Assembly (NCBI GenBank): GCA_002189035.1 | Contig: CM007990.1 | Span: forward strand, 5,828,001-5,892,000 | DNA from: Utricularia gibba | Lineage: Eukaryota > Plantae > Magnoliophyta | DNA length: 64,000 nt | Reading direction: 5' to 3' | In this document: in pieces, positions 1 to 15,000 of the stretch | Layout of the letters: each line of letters opens with the position of its first letter | Position numbering within the stretch: position 1 is the stretch's first letter | Translations under genes and position numbers: made by a program | Notes under the pieces: generated by a model | The model's input: the letters and a program-made list of their open reading frames with translations, nothing else | What the model was told of the DNA's origin: nothing | Database searches by the model: none

Positions 1-52
1 GTCTTTCTTGCTAACTCCTACTGCATTTTTCTTGTGCTTTCGCTTCATGCAG

Positions 53-245
53 GGTGGCAATGACTACGAAATCTACGAGTCGGAAAGAACACATGGTTAC
101 ACAGGTTAGTTCATCAAATTCTCTGGATGCAGACACACAACTGCTCTTGCTGCCTTCTTGACATTGTGAGATTGTTCAATGTTTCTTTGCAGTGTGTAGC
201 CCTGAGGACACTGTTGAGCAATGCACCACTCTGTTCTTGAGCTAA
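53..245 (+). CDS. PMM: Phosphomannomutase, last two exons (53-104, 193-245); gene begins upstream of the window
   Basis: Spliced translation [34 protein letters not shown] matches the plant PMM C-terminus (GGNDHEI motif); canonical AG/GT boundaries. Confidence 0.9.
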
Positions 246-818
246 CGATCACCGGAACTCCGTCTCGACGGCGTTGTGTTATGCATTTTTTTCTCTTGAC
301 ACCATGAATGAATCCAGTGACTGTGTCCTTCCATCATACAGATACTATCTCATAGCATGAACCAGTGAACCAAAACTTCATTTCAGTATTGTTTGTCTCT
401 TTGAGGAACCAGAACTTGGAAGTGAGGCCCAATTAGCATTGGATTCGGCCCAAAATATTGTTGTAGAACAAACCGGCCCATAATCACCGAGAAAAAGCCC
501 GTTTTCGGGGCTGGAGGCTAAACACAATTACACAGAATTCGTGCTTTTATTTGAAAAAAATGACGAGAAATTGGGAAAGAGATCTTTCAGAAGAAGAAGA
601 AGTGGATTCTACGTCTAAAAACCTCCAACGGTCTTCCAATTCATTTCTGTTTTCCAAGGTGTGTTGTTAAGCGTGTCTAGCCGTAAGGATCATCTCTGTG
701 CTCCTGATTCAGATTCTTGGGCGATTCTTGAAGGCGTATTGGAAGGATTTGTGTTGTAATTATCATACTGGTGGGTGCTGAGATTTGAGTAAGAGGCAGA
801 GCCGGAGGAGGGGTATCG

Positions 819-3380
<2,562 letters not shown>

Positions 3381-4362
3381 TCGATGATTTCCCACAAACG
3401 TTGTAAGTCTTGTTGGATTTCAAACCTGAATAATGATTTCTCCATTCGCTTCCTGTTAAGATTTTTTTCTTTACTTTGGAATTGCAGAGCAATGGCTGAT
3501 GGTGGAATGGGAAGTCTTTACCACTCTAAGATCACGTGATATGGTTTGACTACGCATGACATACTCTTGTTATTTCTTAGCTCTACGCTCCAGGTTCAGG
3601 ACCCCTCCCAAAGGAACCCGAGGAAAAAGACGGGGAACCATGACCAAAAAAAAAAAAAACAAAAAAACTCACCTTTTACCCGGTATTGCTGTGAAGAGAA
3701 AAGCACCACTAAACAAAAAAAATAAAAAAAAGAAGAAGAAAAGAAAAGAAAGCAAAAAAATCAAACTTTTTTTTGATATGTAAAGCATTCGCTTGAGGTG
3801 ACATTAGTTTCCAGTATTTTTTTCCCTACTTTGTATTAGATACATTTGTATTTTGGATGTTAAATGTTAAACATCAGCAGCTGGGAAGCTTTGGTTCCCA
3901 AAAGTCTTGTGTTACCAGATCCATGCTGTTCTACACATAAACAGTCAGGAGTCATGAAACTGTTGGTTGATTGCATGCATCATGTTGCTTGTTGAATTTT
4001 GTATATTTAGGTGTTGATTGCAGTCTCTGAATTTTGTTGAAATGTCACTGCATTTCTTCTGCATCTGGTTTTGTCCTTCAAGCCATCTGAGTTGTAGGGT
4101 CAGAAGCGGCTTCCGCCGTCGTCTATTAGGGCATATTTAATGATTTTCAAAAATGTTTTTTTGGAAATCATTTTTATTTTTTCGGAAATAACTTTTATTC
4201 TTGGATTTATATGTTGCGGAAACCATTTTGATGGAAACTTAATAACGGAAGCCATGTCATCATTTCCGTAAATGAATAAAGATGATATTAAGTCATAGAA
4301 CCCCTGCCGAGAGTTTGAGGGGCGTCCAGTTAGAAAATTGATTCTTTTTGCAGAGACTGAAG

Positions 4363-4828
4363 ATGGACCCAAAGTATGACAAATTGATACGAAGAACAAC
4401 GATGGTAGCCACGGTGACAGCCGCTTATCTCCTCCTCACTGCTGATTACGGCGCGCAGCCCAGCTTTCTCGATCCAGTAAGAAGTAGATTACTTGCCTTG
4501 TCTTTTCGTGCAAATTTTTCCAATTTTTGAGTTGGGTTTCAGGGGAATACAATCATCTGTCTGCAAATCGTAATCTTTTTTGCCAAGATTCACTCTTTGA
4601 ACGGTTATTGAGAAATCATTGCCGGGTTTCCTCTGTTTTTTTTTATGGGTTCATGAATTGCGTCTTACTGATAGTGATGAACTGATGTGTTCGAAATGAC
4701 AGATTAAGGGGGCCATTTTATCGGCTCAGAAGTCCGTGAAGGATTTGGTGCTTGGACTTGGGGACAAACAACAAAATGCGGATAAAGCACCTTCTTCCTC
4801 TTCATCATCGAACAAAACGCGCCCTTGA
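4363..4828 (+). CDS. Small conserved plant protein, 80 aa, exons 4363-4476 and 4703-4828
   Basis: MDPKYDKLIRRTTMVATVTAAYLLLTADYGAQPSFLDP|IKGAILSAQKSVKDLVLGLG...; phase-0 GT-AG intron; one hydrophobic segment; resembles an uncharacterised plant family. Confidence 0.8.
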
Positions 4829-5029
4829 TTTGTTCAAACAACACTCTATCTTTGTAATATACCTGCAGATCCACACCAGCTGGTACAAAAAAAGTGCTGT
4901 ATTCCTTGTTCCAGTGGTTTGTTATCAGAAGGATGGAGCGTTTTGCTATCGTTATTGCATATCTGAATATGTGATTCTTGACGCACATTTCAGTATTCTT
5001 AGCTCTATCTTCTTCTTCTTCTTCTTCCA

Positions 5030-5736
5030 GGTTCATTTCAATAACGCTGTGCAAATATCTTCTTTCACCAGTGCCTTTTCCCTGCAAGACTGTTCTTAGG
5101 TTTCCACCATCAAAACACACTCTGGTATGTTCATGGCAAATGGGTGGAACACTGTCATTGTGTTCCACCAGTGATCGTTTGCACTTCAACCTTCCCCTTC
5201 CTGAACGTATACACCTACCCAATGCTGAGGGATCAACCTTATGATCAAAGGAACTCCACCTCCGCCACCATCTCCTGGCTCCCGTGGCAACCTCTTCGTC
5301 TGCGACCACCGCACTGGCCTTGATCCGGTTGTCATTTCCATTGCTCTTGGCCGTAAAGCGTACTGTGTCACCTACAGGGTCAGCTGGCTGTCACGCTTCC
5401 TCTCCCCAATTCCAGCAACTGCTGTCACCTGTGGCCGGGAAGAAGATGCGGCAAGGGTCAAATCCCTCCTGGAAAGAGGGGAGCTCATCGTCTGCCCCGA
5501 GGGTACTACCTGTCGAGGGCCATACCTACTGAGATTCAGCGCTTTGTTTGCAGAGTTAAGGCGACAAGATTTTCACACGGAACAACAGTGGGTGGAGTCA
5601 AGTTCTGGGATGCATACATTCCTAGAGCGGCTGCCGGAGGAGATGACTTGTGGTCCTTGGTGCGTCATCAGGATTCCGATGCACCCAACTGAGGAGGAAG
5701 GATAAGTACATGCTTCTTGGTGGCAACGAGAAATGA
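5030..5736 (+). pseudogene. GPAT4/GPAT8-type glycerol-3-phosphate acyltransferase relic (3' half)
   Basis: NLPLPER, KGTPPPPPSPGSRGNLFVCDHRTGLDP (HxxxxD), CPEGTTCRGPYLLRFSALFAEL, TFLERLPEEMT and GFRCTQLRRKDKYMLLGGNEK* lie in different frames with multi-codon deletions; no intact N-terminus. Confidence 0.85.
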
Positions 5737-6227
5737 AATGAAGCTCTGCTCCTGCTACTGCTCCCTTTTGTTTCAACGCACACTCTTCAAAACCAAGAAA
5801 CAGTTTTCCCCCATTACTCATCCATGTGGTCTTCTTAGCTGCTTCTCCCCGGAAGACGCCGGAAGCCATGATCTCCTCGGTCTTCCCAGCACCCTCCACA
5901 GCTGCCAACTTCTGCGGCTTGTTCTTGTGTTGATATCTTGGGAACTCGGCATGTAGATGCCACAAGCAAGCAATCAGGAGGCTCACTGGATTGGACGGAT
6001 GCAACAGGGACAGTGAGCTCGTGACTTCTGTTGCAGAAGAGACTGATTACTGATACCTTTCTGAGATCTCCCGGCGCCTAACCAGGCAGGAGGAATAAAT
6101 TTTGCAGGTACTTTTTCTGTATAAATTAAATTGGAACAAAATTTGTCTCCATCATGGGTCACGTGTACCGCAATAGAAACAGGGTAGCTAGAGTGCGGGC
6201 CCCACTGCTTCTGTTTGACAATTGGAA

Positions 6228-6285
6228 AGTCAACCCCGGAGAAATGAAAAGGAATGCCCGAATCCCACCAGTCTGTAAAAGTCAA
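6228..6285. promoter_or_regulatory. Two W-boxes (AGTCAA = TTGACT on the minus strand) upstream of the WRKY gene
   Basis: Exact motifs at 6228-6233 and 6280-6285, 60-120 nt before the ATG; function inferred. Confidence 0.45.
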
Positions 6286-6347
6286 AGCACTCGGCGCCTT
6301 TCTCTGTCTCCTCCTCGCTATCTCCACCCGCGGCGGGCAGCTGGGAA

Positions 6348-7358
6348 ATGGACGGTACCGATGACTGGGATCTCCACGCCGTCGTCAGAAGCTGTTCCAC
6401 CTCCTCCACCACCACTACCGACGGCGGCGCGTTGCCCTCTACTTCAGCGGGAGCCGTCGCCTTTTCGGAGCTCCGGTTCCAGAATCCCACAGACGAACGC
6501 CGCTCGGACGAGCTCAGGGATTTTGGCGTTTCGAATTGGGGAGACCTGCCTCGGATTCTACTTCCCTTTTCTCAACACAATATGTTGATTTCTCATGAAA
6601 TGGACAAACAATCATCACCTCAGCAAAATCCTGCTGCTCCTTCTAGAAGTGAAGAAGTGAAACGGTATAAGAAAAGGTATGAACTCTTCTTTCTAACACT
6701 GTTTCTGTTTGCTCTGTAACCAGAAACTTCAAGTGACGTCTGAGACTCCCTTCTCATTTTTTGTTCAGGAAAAGTGTGACGACGAAGCAGATTTGCCGTG
6801 TGGATGCTAAGAATTTGCCTTCAGACGTTTGGTGTTGGAGAAAATACGGACAGAAGCCGATCAAAGGCTCCCCTTTCCGAGGTTCTCAAATCACCTGTTT
6901 CTTTTTCCTCAAAATGGCGGATTTGCACTGGGGTTTCAATGAAACTGACTGATAACTCTTTTGGCTGAACAAACAGAAGCTACTACAGATGCAGTTCATC
7001 GAAATTGTGTACAGCGAGAAAGCAAGTTGAGCGCGACAAATCAAATCCAGAGATATTCCTGGTCACCTACACCGCAGAGCACAACCACCCTGCTCCGAGT
7101 AACCGGAGTTTACCCTCCGGAGCCACCAGGCAAAAGCCTACAGAGGAAGTGGAGAAAACAGAGGTCAAGGAGAAGCTTCTCGTTGATGGCGATACCAACA
7201 ATGGCGACTTCAGTTTCTCGAACATGGCGATGGACGATTTCTTTGTGGGTATGGGAGGTTTGGTTCCTGGTGAAGACGAAGGGTGTTCGTGGGATTCGGA
7301 GCCAACGTACCCCGTGAACAGCAGCGCCGGCGGCGCCACTAACTCTGGCCGGGATTGA
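6348..7358 (+). CDS. WRKY transcription factor, group IIe (WRKY22/27/29-like), 3 exons; apparent 1-nt deletion at ~6875
   Basis: N-terminal [36 protein letters not shown]...HNH (C-X5-C-X23-H-X-H). Confidence 0.92.
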
Positions 7359-8013
7359 GTGGAAGGGAAAGTGGGCCTTTTTCCGCCCACGCACTTAACT
7401 CGGTGTCGGCCCATTGCGATCCTATGTATGGTTTCTCCTATGCCCCACGTGTCGGACTCCGCACAAGGCTTCGTAACGGGACCCACCCTAAAACCTTACA
7501 TCCAACAATGGCTGCCTTGGCTTCCCCTGAAAATCTACCTCTGAGCGCAGAGGAAACTGCCACCTCAAGTGAAGATGCATTTCCAAGCTTTTTCCAAGGA
7601 TCAAATGTGGGAAAGAATACCTCTGACCATCTACAGCTTCCACGAGGTGCCTCTGCTTTACCTTTCAGATTCTTCTACAGCATACCAGTGTAATGTATAC
7701 AAAGGGGTAGGCAGCAAGTCAGATTCCCCAGGTAGATAGGAGCTGTCACCGCTTTTGATGTTTAGACGCATGGCTTGTTCATCATGTTGTTGTCCCTTGA
7801 GATTGATCTCTTCTCAAAATGCCATGGTAAGATAGCTACAAAGCAACATATGGTGATACTGGGAACAAAACAAATATCTCCTTAGACCAGAAGCTACTAG
7901 AATCGATGAGCAGGACAGGAAGCTTCATCACCCATCATCGCATCCGTCTTATTGGTTTTGTCAAGGCAAAACTGTGCTTACTTACAGGAGGAGAAGACTG
8001 TGAAATAAGCTTG

Positions 8014-10312
8014 TTAGAATAAATCAAGGAAGTATTGAAGGCCCTGGCCTATTTCCCAGATGGAGATAGCAGCTCCCCAAGAGAGTGCTTCTTCCATTCG
8101 CAGTGCAATGGAGATGAGCGTAGGGTAGAACACCACATGCTGTTTCTGCTCATCATCCATGTACAAGAAGAAATGCTCACTGCTCTTTTCCTCCCAATGC
8201 ATTTGGGGTCTATGCTTCTCTAGCAACCCCAAATACTCCCTTCCCACGATGGCTCCACCACCTAAACCTGATCATTGCAAAACAAGTCCCAAGCCTTCTT
8301 AACATCAACCATTCCCCAAAAAGTTTTAACAGATATAGAGGGGGTAAGGGTACCTCCAGAAGCAACAAAATCATTCCCATAAAAGTTGATGCCAACAAAG
8401 ATTTTCGGGGCCAGATTAGGATGATGATCATCGTTGTTGCTACCCAGGAGAAGCATCATGCTGGATTTGATCCATTTGAGAGGGGCATTTGGACCAGGAT
8501 TCTGAGGACTCGAGAAATCGTAGGTCATCAGAGAGAAACCATCGACAGAGTCACCCAAGCTTCTAAGATCTCGAGGTCCGAAATCATATTCCAACAACTT
8601 GGACGATGGAGGACTTATAACGTACATCAGTTCCAGCCTTGAGCTCTTCTTACTACCATCTACGTTAGTGGAATGGAGTGCATCCCCTAGTTGCCTGATA
8701 AACTCCAGTGCCTGCATCGTAGTGCAAGAGATTACCACTAGATTTCCTAGCCAGTAATTATATATTGGACTTCGACAAGTAAGCAATAATGTTTTTGAAG
8801 CCATTTGTGCAGCATCCACACATGCCCTTCTGAATTCTCTAACCTTCATACCCTTCTACCCTCTTATCATGCATTAGACCACAGGAAATTATAGCTTCCC
8901 TTGCATAAAAGTCATATGTTTGATCTTTCAGAGAGTTTGATATCCTACCATGATCCGCATTTTGGGGTCATGGAGAACTCCATAGGCAGCCCACCTCGAC
9001 CATGATTCCAGTACAATACCATCATATTTCATTTCTCTGTAAATTTTATGCAGAACAAAAAAAAAGAAGTAAATGAAGCAGATGGAAAATTTTGTCAACA
9101 TAAATAGGCAGGAAGATAGGGTCTTACAAGCATTCTGCAACCATGAGATTAATTGCTTTATCCCTCTGCTTCTTCTTCGTCAACAAATCCAAAGGAGCCG
9201 CTTCCAAAACTATACGTGGTAAAATCTATCAAAGGACATAGCGACGATCAGTGATATAAATCAACTATCAAGAAGCATGATTACGAGTATTTACTTTAAG
9301 GAATAGTTAGTCGCAGGGAAACAACAGAAACCTGAGCATGGCCAGTCCTCCGAATCTCTTCCATCCATGTTTTATCAGCATTATGTCTCCCCTCCAGAGT
9401 GAATCCCGTTCCGTCACTGCCAGAAATAAAGAGAGAAGTGGGCAACACAGAGCCAGGCAGCAAAATGACACGATGTGGGTAGGGTACTGATATGTAAGCA
9501 GAGGGATCGCGAGTGGGAAAGAATGAGAAATTAAAGATAGTGGGACGAGGGGAGTAACAGAATGAAAAAAAAAATTTTTTTGAATAAGCAGACCATGGAA
9601 TTCTGATATGCACCTCAATTGTGAGCATTGGTATACCTCTTTAGTTCGTACCACACAGGTGATAGATGGGTGAACTTGTTGACGAACTTCTTTGCCATCT
9701 CATAGCCTTGTGAATTCCTGCACAGATATTCACTCCATGAACGTCATTTAATCCTTCTGAGTTGCTAATACCTGAGCATCCGCAAGAACTGAATATGCCA
9801 ATGCATCAGTTCATAGTCAATGCTTAACAAAACAGCCCACAATGACACAAGTTCTTAGATCGAAAATTTGAAGACTTTTAGTACCAGGGAGTAATGTAGC
9901 CCAGAACAGGGTTCTTAAAATTCCGAAAGCTCGAATTCTCTGAAACCATCATGTGCTCCTGAGTTTTACGAGCAAAAATGAAAACCAGAAGAACGATGCA
10001 ATCAACCCATAAGTCAAAGGGAAAAGGTAACGACTAGCCTACGTTGAGAATTTTCCGGTAGTTGGTATCGGTATCCACGAGGCCGCGGCGGTTGACATAT
10101 GACTGATCATGGTTCACATTGGCCGGCGAAGAATGTAAAATTCGATATGCTACCAACGAAATCACCGGAGCTATGAGAATGATCGCAATTTTAGAGAAAC
10201 CAACGGCCTTATGTCTCGATTCAGCGCCAATTCCAGACGATCCCGCCACCATATCTCCAGAACTCGACACCGGTTTGTCGTCGCCACGGCGGGGATCTCT
10301 CTTTCTCGCCAT
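8014..10312 (-). CDS. CHID1: Chitinase domain-containing protein 1 (GH18 family, SI-CLP/CHID1-like), multi-exon
   Basis: N-terminal TM segment, [33 protein letters not shown]-terminal [20 protein letters not shown]. Confidence 0.88.
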
Positions 10313-10599
10313 ATCCGCCGATCCAATTGAGCAACTGAGGCATTAACCGACTACAACTTTGACAAATAAAGATGTTCGACGACAGTCGAACCTACTCCAA
10401 TCACTGGTTCTCACAAAAAAAACAAGGTCGACCGAGACTCAGCATTCGTCTCCCCAAGAAAAAAAAAAGAGAATTGTTAAATCAAGCCGCCATTCTCAGC
10501 AATAAGAGTTGAGGTTTTTCAGTACAATTGCCCCATACTCTAAACAAAGCCCACGTCAAGAAACCCCTCCCCGAATCGGCATTCTTTGAAGGGATACAT

Positions 10600-11140
10600 T
10601 CAAGAGACAATGAGAATGAACTTGACACACAGAATATGCTCAAAAACTCTAATCTTTCTGTGCTGGTTGTCGCTGGAAGTCCAGATTTCACTTTCACTTT
10701 CACTTTTCTTACAGTCCCTATGTTAACATCTCCATTCACAGTGCAGTTGCTGATGAAAAGTTCGTAACTCTGCGGTTGATCAAATCTCCTGAATAACAAC
10801 GACCAAACCTGAACATCAAGAAATTTCAGTCTAAACTTCTGGGTAGTGACAACCAGGTGAAAGTTCAGGTTAGCCTGTAGATTTAGAACCAGTGCGAAAA
10901 TCCAATCAAAAGTTGGGAATTTCATCCTGATGAACAGCGCTCTAACACAAGGTTATATCAACATCCATAGTTGCTTTTCTTTCTTAAACACTCGTTAAAC
11001 TAATAGCAAAGCACCAATCTTGGAGAGAGAGCATACAATGTTAGCAGGAGACTTGATGTGCTCGATAACCAAAGAGCACCACTGATTCTCCCTGCGCTGA
11101 TGCTGGTGATACCCATTTAGATGCTCTGCCTCAACTTTTA
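10600..11140 (-). pseudogene. PYL: ABA receptor PYL (PYL7-10 type) relic
   Basis: Exon 1 EAEHLNGYHQHQRRENQ..EHIKSPANI, donor GTATGC at 11036; exon 2 from 10808 [15 protein letters not shown]...[16 protein letters not shown], then frameshifted EHILCVKF; no ATG, no HRL latch, no intact C-terminus. Confidence 0.82.
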
Positions 11141-12090
11141 TTCGCCTTCCTACTCCAGACACAAGAACTAACACCACCCCCTTTAGCTAGAACCAGAATA
11201 TTTGAAAGAAAAACTAAGGATTTTCTGACAAAGAGCAGAGTGGTACAGAAACACTAGCACCCATATGGGGTGTTCTAGTTTCCTTTTTAGTAGACACCAA
11301 GATGAGCATACAGTCAGTATACTTGGTTGGTGAGAGTGGATTTTTGAAAAACTGTACGTTCACTTGCAGATTACATCTAAATGACGACTTTACAGAAGGC
11401 ACTCCCGAGATCTGTGGAAAGCGTAGCAAGTAGTTGATCAAGAGTAGCAAAACATTAAAAACGCTAATGTTCACATCTTCAGCAGAAGTTGAATGAAGCT
11501 TTTAGGAATCGACGCCATCATATGAAAAAGCTATCTATCTACGGCTTGTAAGGACTACACAAGCTATATGAGACACTAAGATAGTAGCAAATGAGAACAC
11601 AAGGTTTTGGTGGCAGATAGATGCAAAAGATAGACCATTGCAGTGAAAGAAATCCAATATCGGCTCAAGGGCAAACCAGGGTCTGCTGCTGGCTATCGTA
11701 GGTGCAGTGTAAGAGAAAGGCCAACGAGTGGTTCGGCAGCAAACCTGCCCTACGCCACAATATCAGGGTCGAAGTCGCTCAAAACTATCAGCCACATCAA
11801 AATCACCAGGCCCCAAGCATCACCCTTTCATAGCACAGCAGCACCTAACGACAACAGCCTTTTCAGCATTTAAAATGCTTCCCTGCAACAGACACGAAAA
11901 GAAACGCGTGAACAAAGGTCCTGGTGGAAATCAGAAACTGCTTCAGAAGATCTAAAAGATTAGATAATATGCATACACCTTATAAGTATCTACACTGCTT
12001 CACCAGATATGGTGATAGGTTAGTCTTAGTGGATATAGGACCACGTCAAAACTTACCAGCAAGATGGAAATACACTGTTTCGGTCATGTT

Positions 12091-15000
12091 TCATCCATGT
12101 TCTCGACTCTTACGACTCTGGTAACGTGGAGAAGATGGTTGATCTGGTGAAGACCAATGTCCTGAGTTTCCATGAATCCTGTGGTCGTCAAATGCCCTGG
12201 CTCGACTTCCCTCATTTAACTGCAGCTGCTCTTCTGCACCAGGGAAGCCTACAGGACCCAAAGAACCAAATTCAAGCTGTTCACCACCATACATAGCATT
12301 GTTACCGAATGGATAAATCATCACAACTGGTGGAACAGGCCCATTAGAAAGTGCATTCGGATTCATTGTTGCTAAAGGATAACTGCTGTAGTTAACATTC
12401 TGAGAACCATTTTGGCTAAAATTTGAGTTCAATGGGCCATTCTGCAACGGTTGAGGTGGGGTTGATTCATGTCTGTATGAGTTCCATGAATTGTCTGTCC
12501 CACTCTCTGTAGAAGCTATACGGTCCACTTTCAATCTGGTTTTGTCATTTTGGTTGCGATTATGGTTTCTCATACCACCCCGCGACCTTGAGCTAGCATT
12601 CCAGTTCCCATCTCTATCACCATAGAAATCACTCCTGTCATCTCGATAATTTCCCCTTCTACCACCAGATGAGTGGCGCTCTCGGATAGCAACCTGTTGA
12701 GGGAGCAAATTGTTAAGTTGTCAACTGCATTAAATATTCATTTATGAACCAAAACAATTGCTTGGAATTTAAGACATTCAGCCGCACCCAATTTTCAGTA
12801 AAAACAGAAAATTTGAAGGGAGTCCAATGGCATAAAAAACAGAAAATTTGAGCCGCACATTTCCAGTTAGAATGCAACTGAGTCAGCCACGTGGAGTAAA
12901 AACAGACAAATGCTACCAACTAATTTCCAAAAAAAAAAAAAAAAACTGCGCAAACAGGAAGCAAGCCCATATAACGCATCCTTACAGGATTTGGGAGATA
13001 AGTTCCAGTCCCACTTCGATATCTTGGAATGTCATCAACTTGCTGCTGATACATGTTTGGAGGCCTACTCGAAAGTGGCTGGAGAGGAGCAACAGGAACA
13101 AGATGCCGGCCATAACTTGCCATAAAATGAGATAGGTTCACGTTGATGGATGGTGGTCTACCAGAGCTTTCATAAGGAAATCGTCCAGGGAAATAAACAG
13201 GAGGGCCATCGCAGGGGAGGGATGTACCAAAGGTCCTGGGTACCGTGGATTTTGACAGAATCTACCAAACTGTAAATTTTGCCAATGACTAGCAAAGTCA
13301 CTGTTTAATATATCAGAAATGCTTGTTTCAGATGCCTCGGAACTTCTCCCCCGTATAGAACCGGGTTGAGTAGGCACCTCTATCTCATTGAATCTTCCAG
13401 AGCTGAAATTCTGTTTGGATTCATTGGTATCTGAGTCTTCTTCGCCAGCAAAACGGCCACTTGGCGCTTCAGAATTTTCCGTCTCAGGTATATTATATAA
13501 AGGAAGCATTGTAAAAAAAGGAATCGGTGGACCAGTTGGATAGAAAGCAACCAGACCAGAACTGTCATTGGGTTTTTGTCTTGACCCAGGACCAATGAGC
13601 AACGGGCCAAAGGGCATCATCGAGTCCACGCCGCTTGCCTGAGAAACCTCAAGGCTAGGCATGTTATGCCTAGGAGCCTGCAAGGACTCAACATTCTCAG
13701 GCCTTGAATTCATTTCTAAGATTTCACCCATATCAGATGATGAACCCCATCCCTGTTCGTCGGGCTCAGGATGACTCGGCAAATTTTCACACATGACTTT
13801 TCCCTTACCCCGAGCAGGGGCTTGATCTGCAGAAACTATTTTTCTGAACCCTTTTTCTTTTGAGGATTTAGGTGTCCTTATAGATGACCCATCCCACGAA
13901 CTTTCAGAGGAAGTTCTACTTCTAACTGAGTTGCTACGAGAAACGGATGAGAACCTTGAGCTCACTGATCTTTCTTCTGCATACAACTCACTGCCTACGT
14001 CATCCACGTTGGACAAGCTATCAACATTTTGTCCCGAAGACCCAGCCCTTTCCCTCATATGCCTCTGTTGAACTTTCACGGCACTACCAGAACCACTTTG
14101 GCGAGATGGAGGGATATATTTCAAACCCGAAACAGATGCCTTTGGTTTATGATCGGTCACAGGCACCTCACCATTTCCATTCTCAGATTCATAGCCACTT
14201 GATGGTAAAACAGCTTCCTCCTTCCAGAAATCATCGTTGCTATGAACAGGTTTCACCTCTGCAGAACTAATATTTTCATTGTGTTGCTCAAATGATGTGT
14301 CTCCCGCTGAATTCACCCCCACACCAGGGAAATAATGGCTCAATTGAGGTGAGACAAAACCATGAGCATAATGCAAATTCGAGAATGGAGCATCCATTAG
14401 AGGAATATTTGAAGGGACAAATCCTGGAAAATTTCTTTGCGTATATCCCATGGATGCAAGAAAGCTCGGTGGGATGGAGAAAGGTATATGAGTAGAACTT
14501 AACCCAATTGGCACATGCAGTTGGCTATTAAAACCGTCAAGCGAAGCAGATGCCATCATGTTGACAACATCCTGTTCTTCCTGGTCCACATGTGTTCCAG
14601 CAGCGGACGAAGACTTTTCATTCAAGCTATCTGATATTGGATCATGATGATGTACATTCGGAAGACTATCTGAATCAGTAGAGATACCATCAGGTACTGT
14701 CAGAAATGGAGCATTGCTTACAGAAGAAGCATCTTTAGCAGAAGAATGATGGATATGGCTAGCCAGGACAATAGGTCCAAGATTCTTCTTCCAGTTAACT
14801 GAATCCAGCCTAGAAGGACCATGGGAATTCACACTCTCCACCTGCCTATTATGCCGTAATTGAGATGAGACATTCGTAGAAGAATCAGTCAGTTCAGGGC
14901 TAGAGCGTGTCCGTGCAAGAAGCCTTCCATGGCTATCATTCACTGGACGATTCTGTTTCCCATCTCTCTGAGCTTCATCATTCCGTAATGCATGTTCAGG

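Noticed and set aside
3556-3783. Lys-rich 75-aa ORF downstream of the helicase
   Set aside because: Arises from A-rich homopolymer tracts in 3' UTR sequence; no coding signature
4704-5309. 201-aa minus-strand ORF
   Set aside because: Antisense shadow of the small gene's exon 2 and the GPAT relic; no recognisable motif
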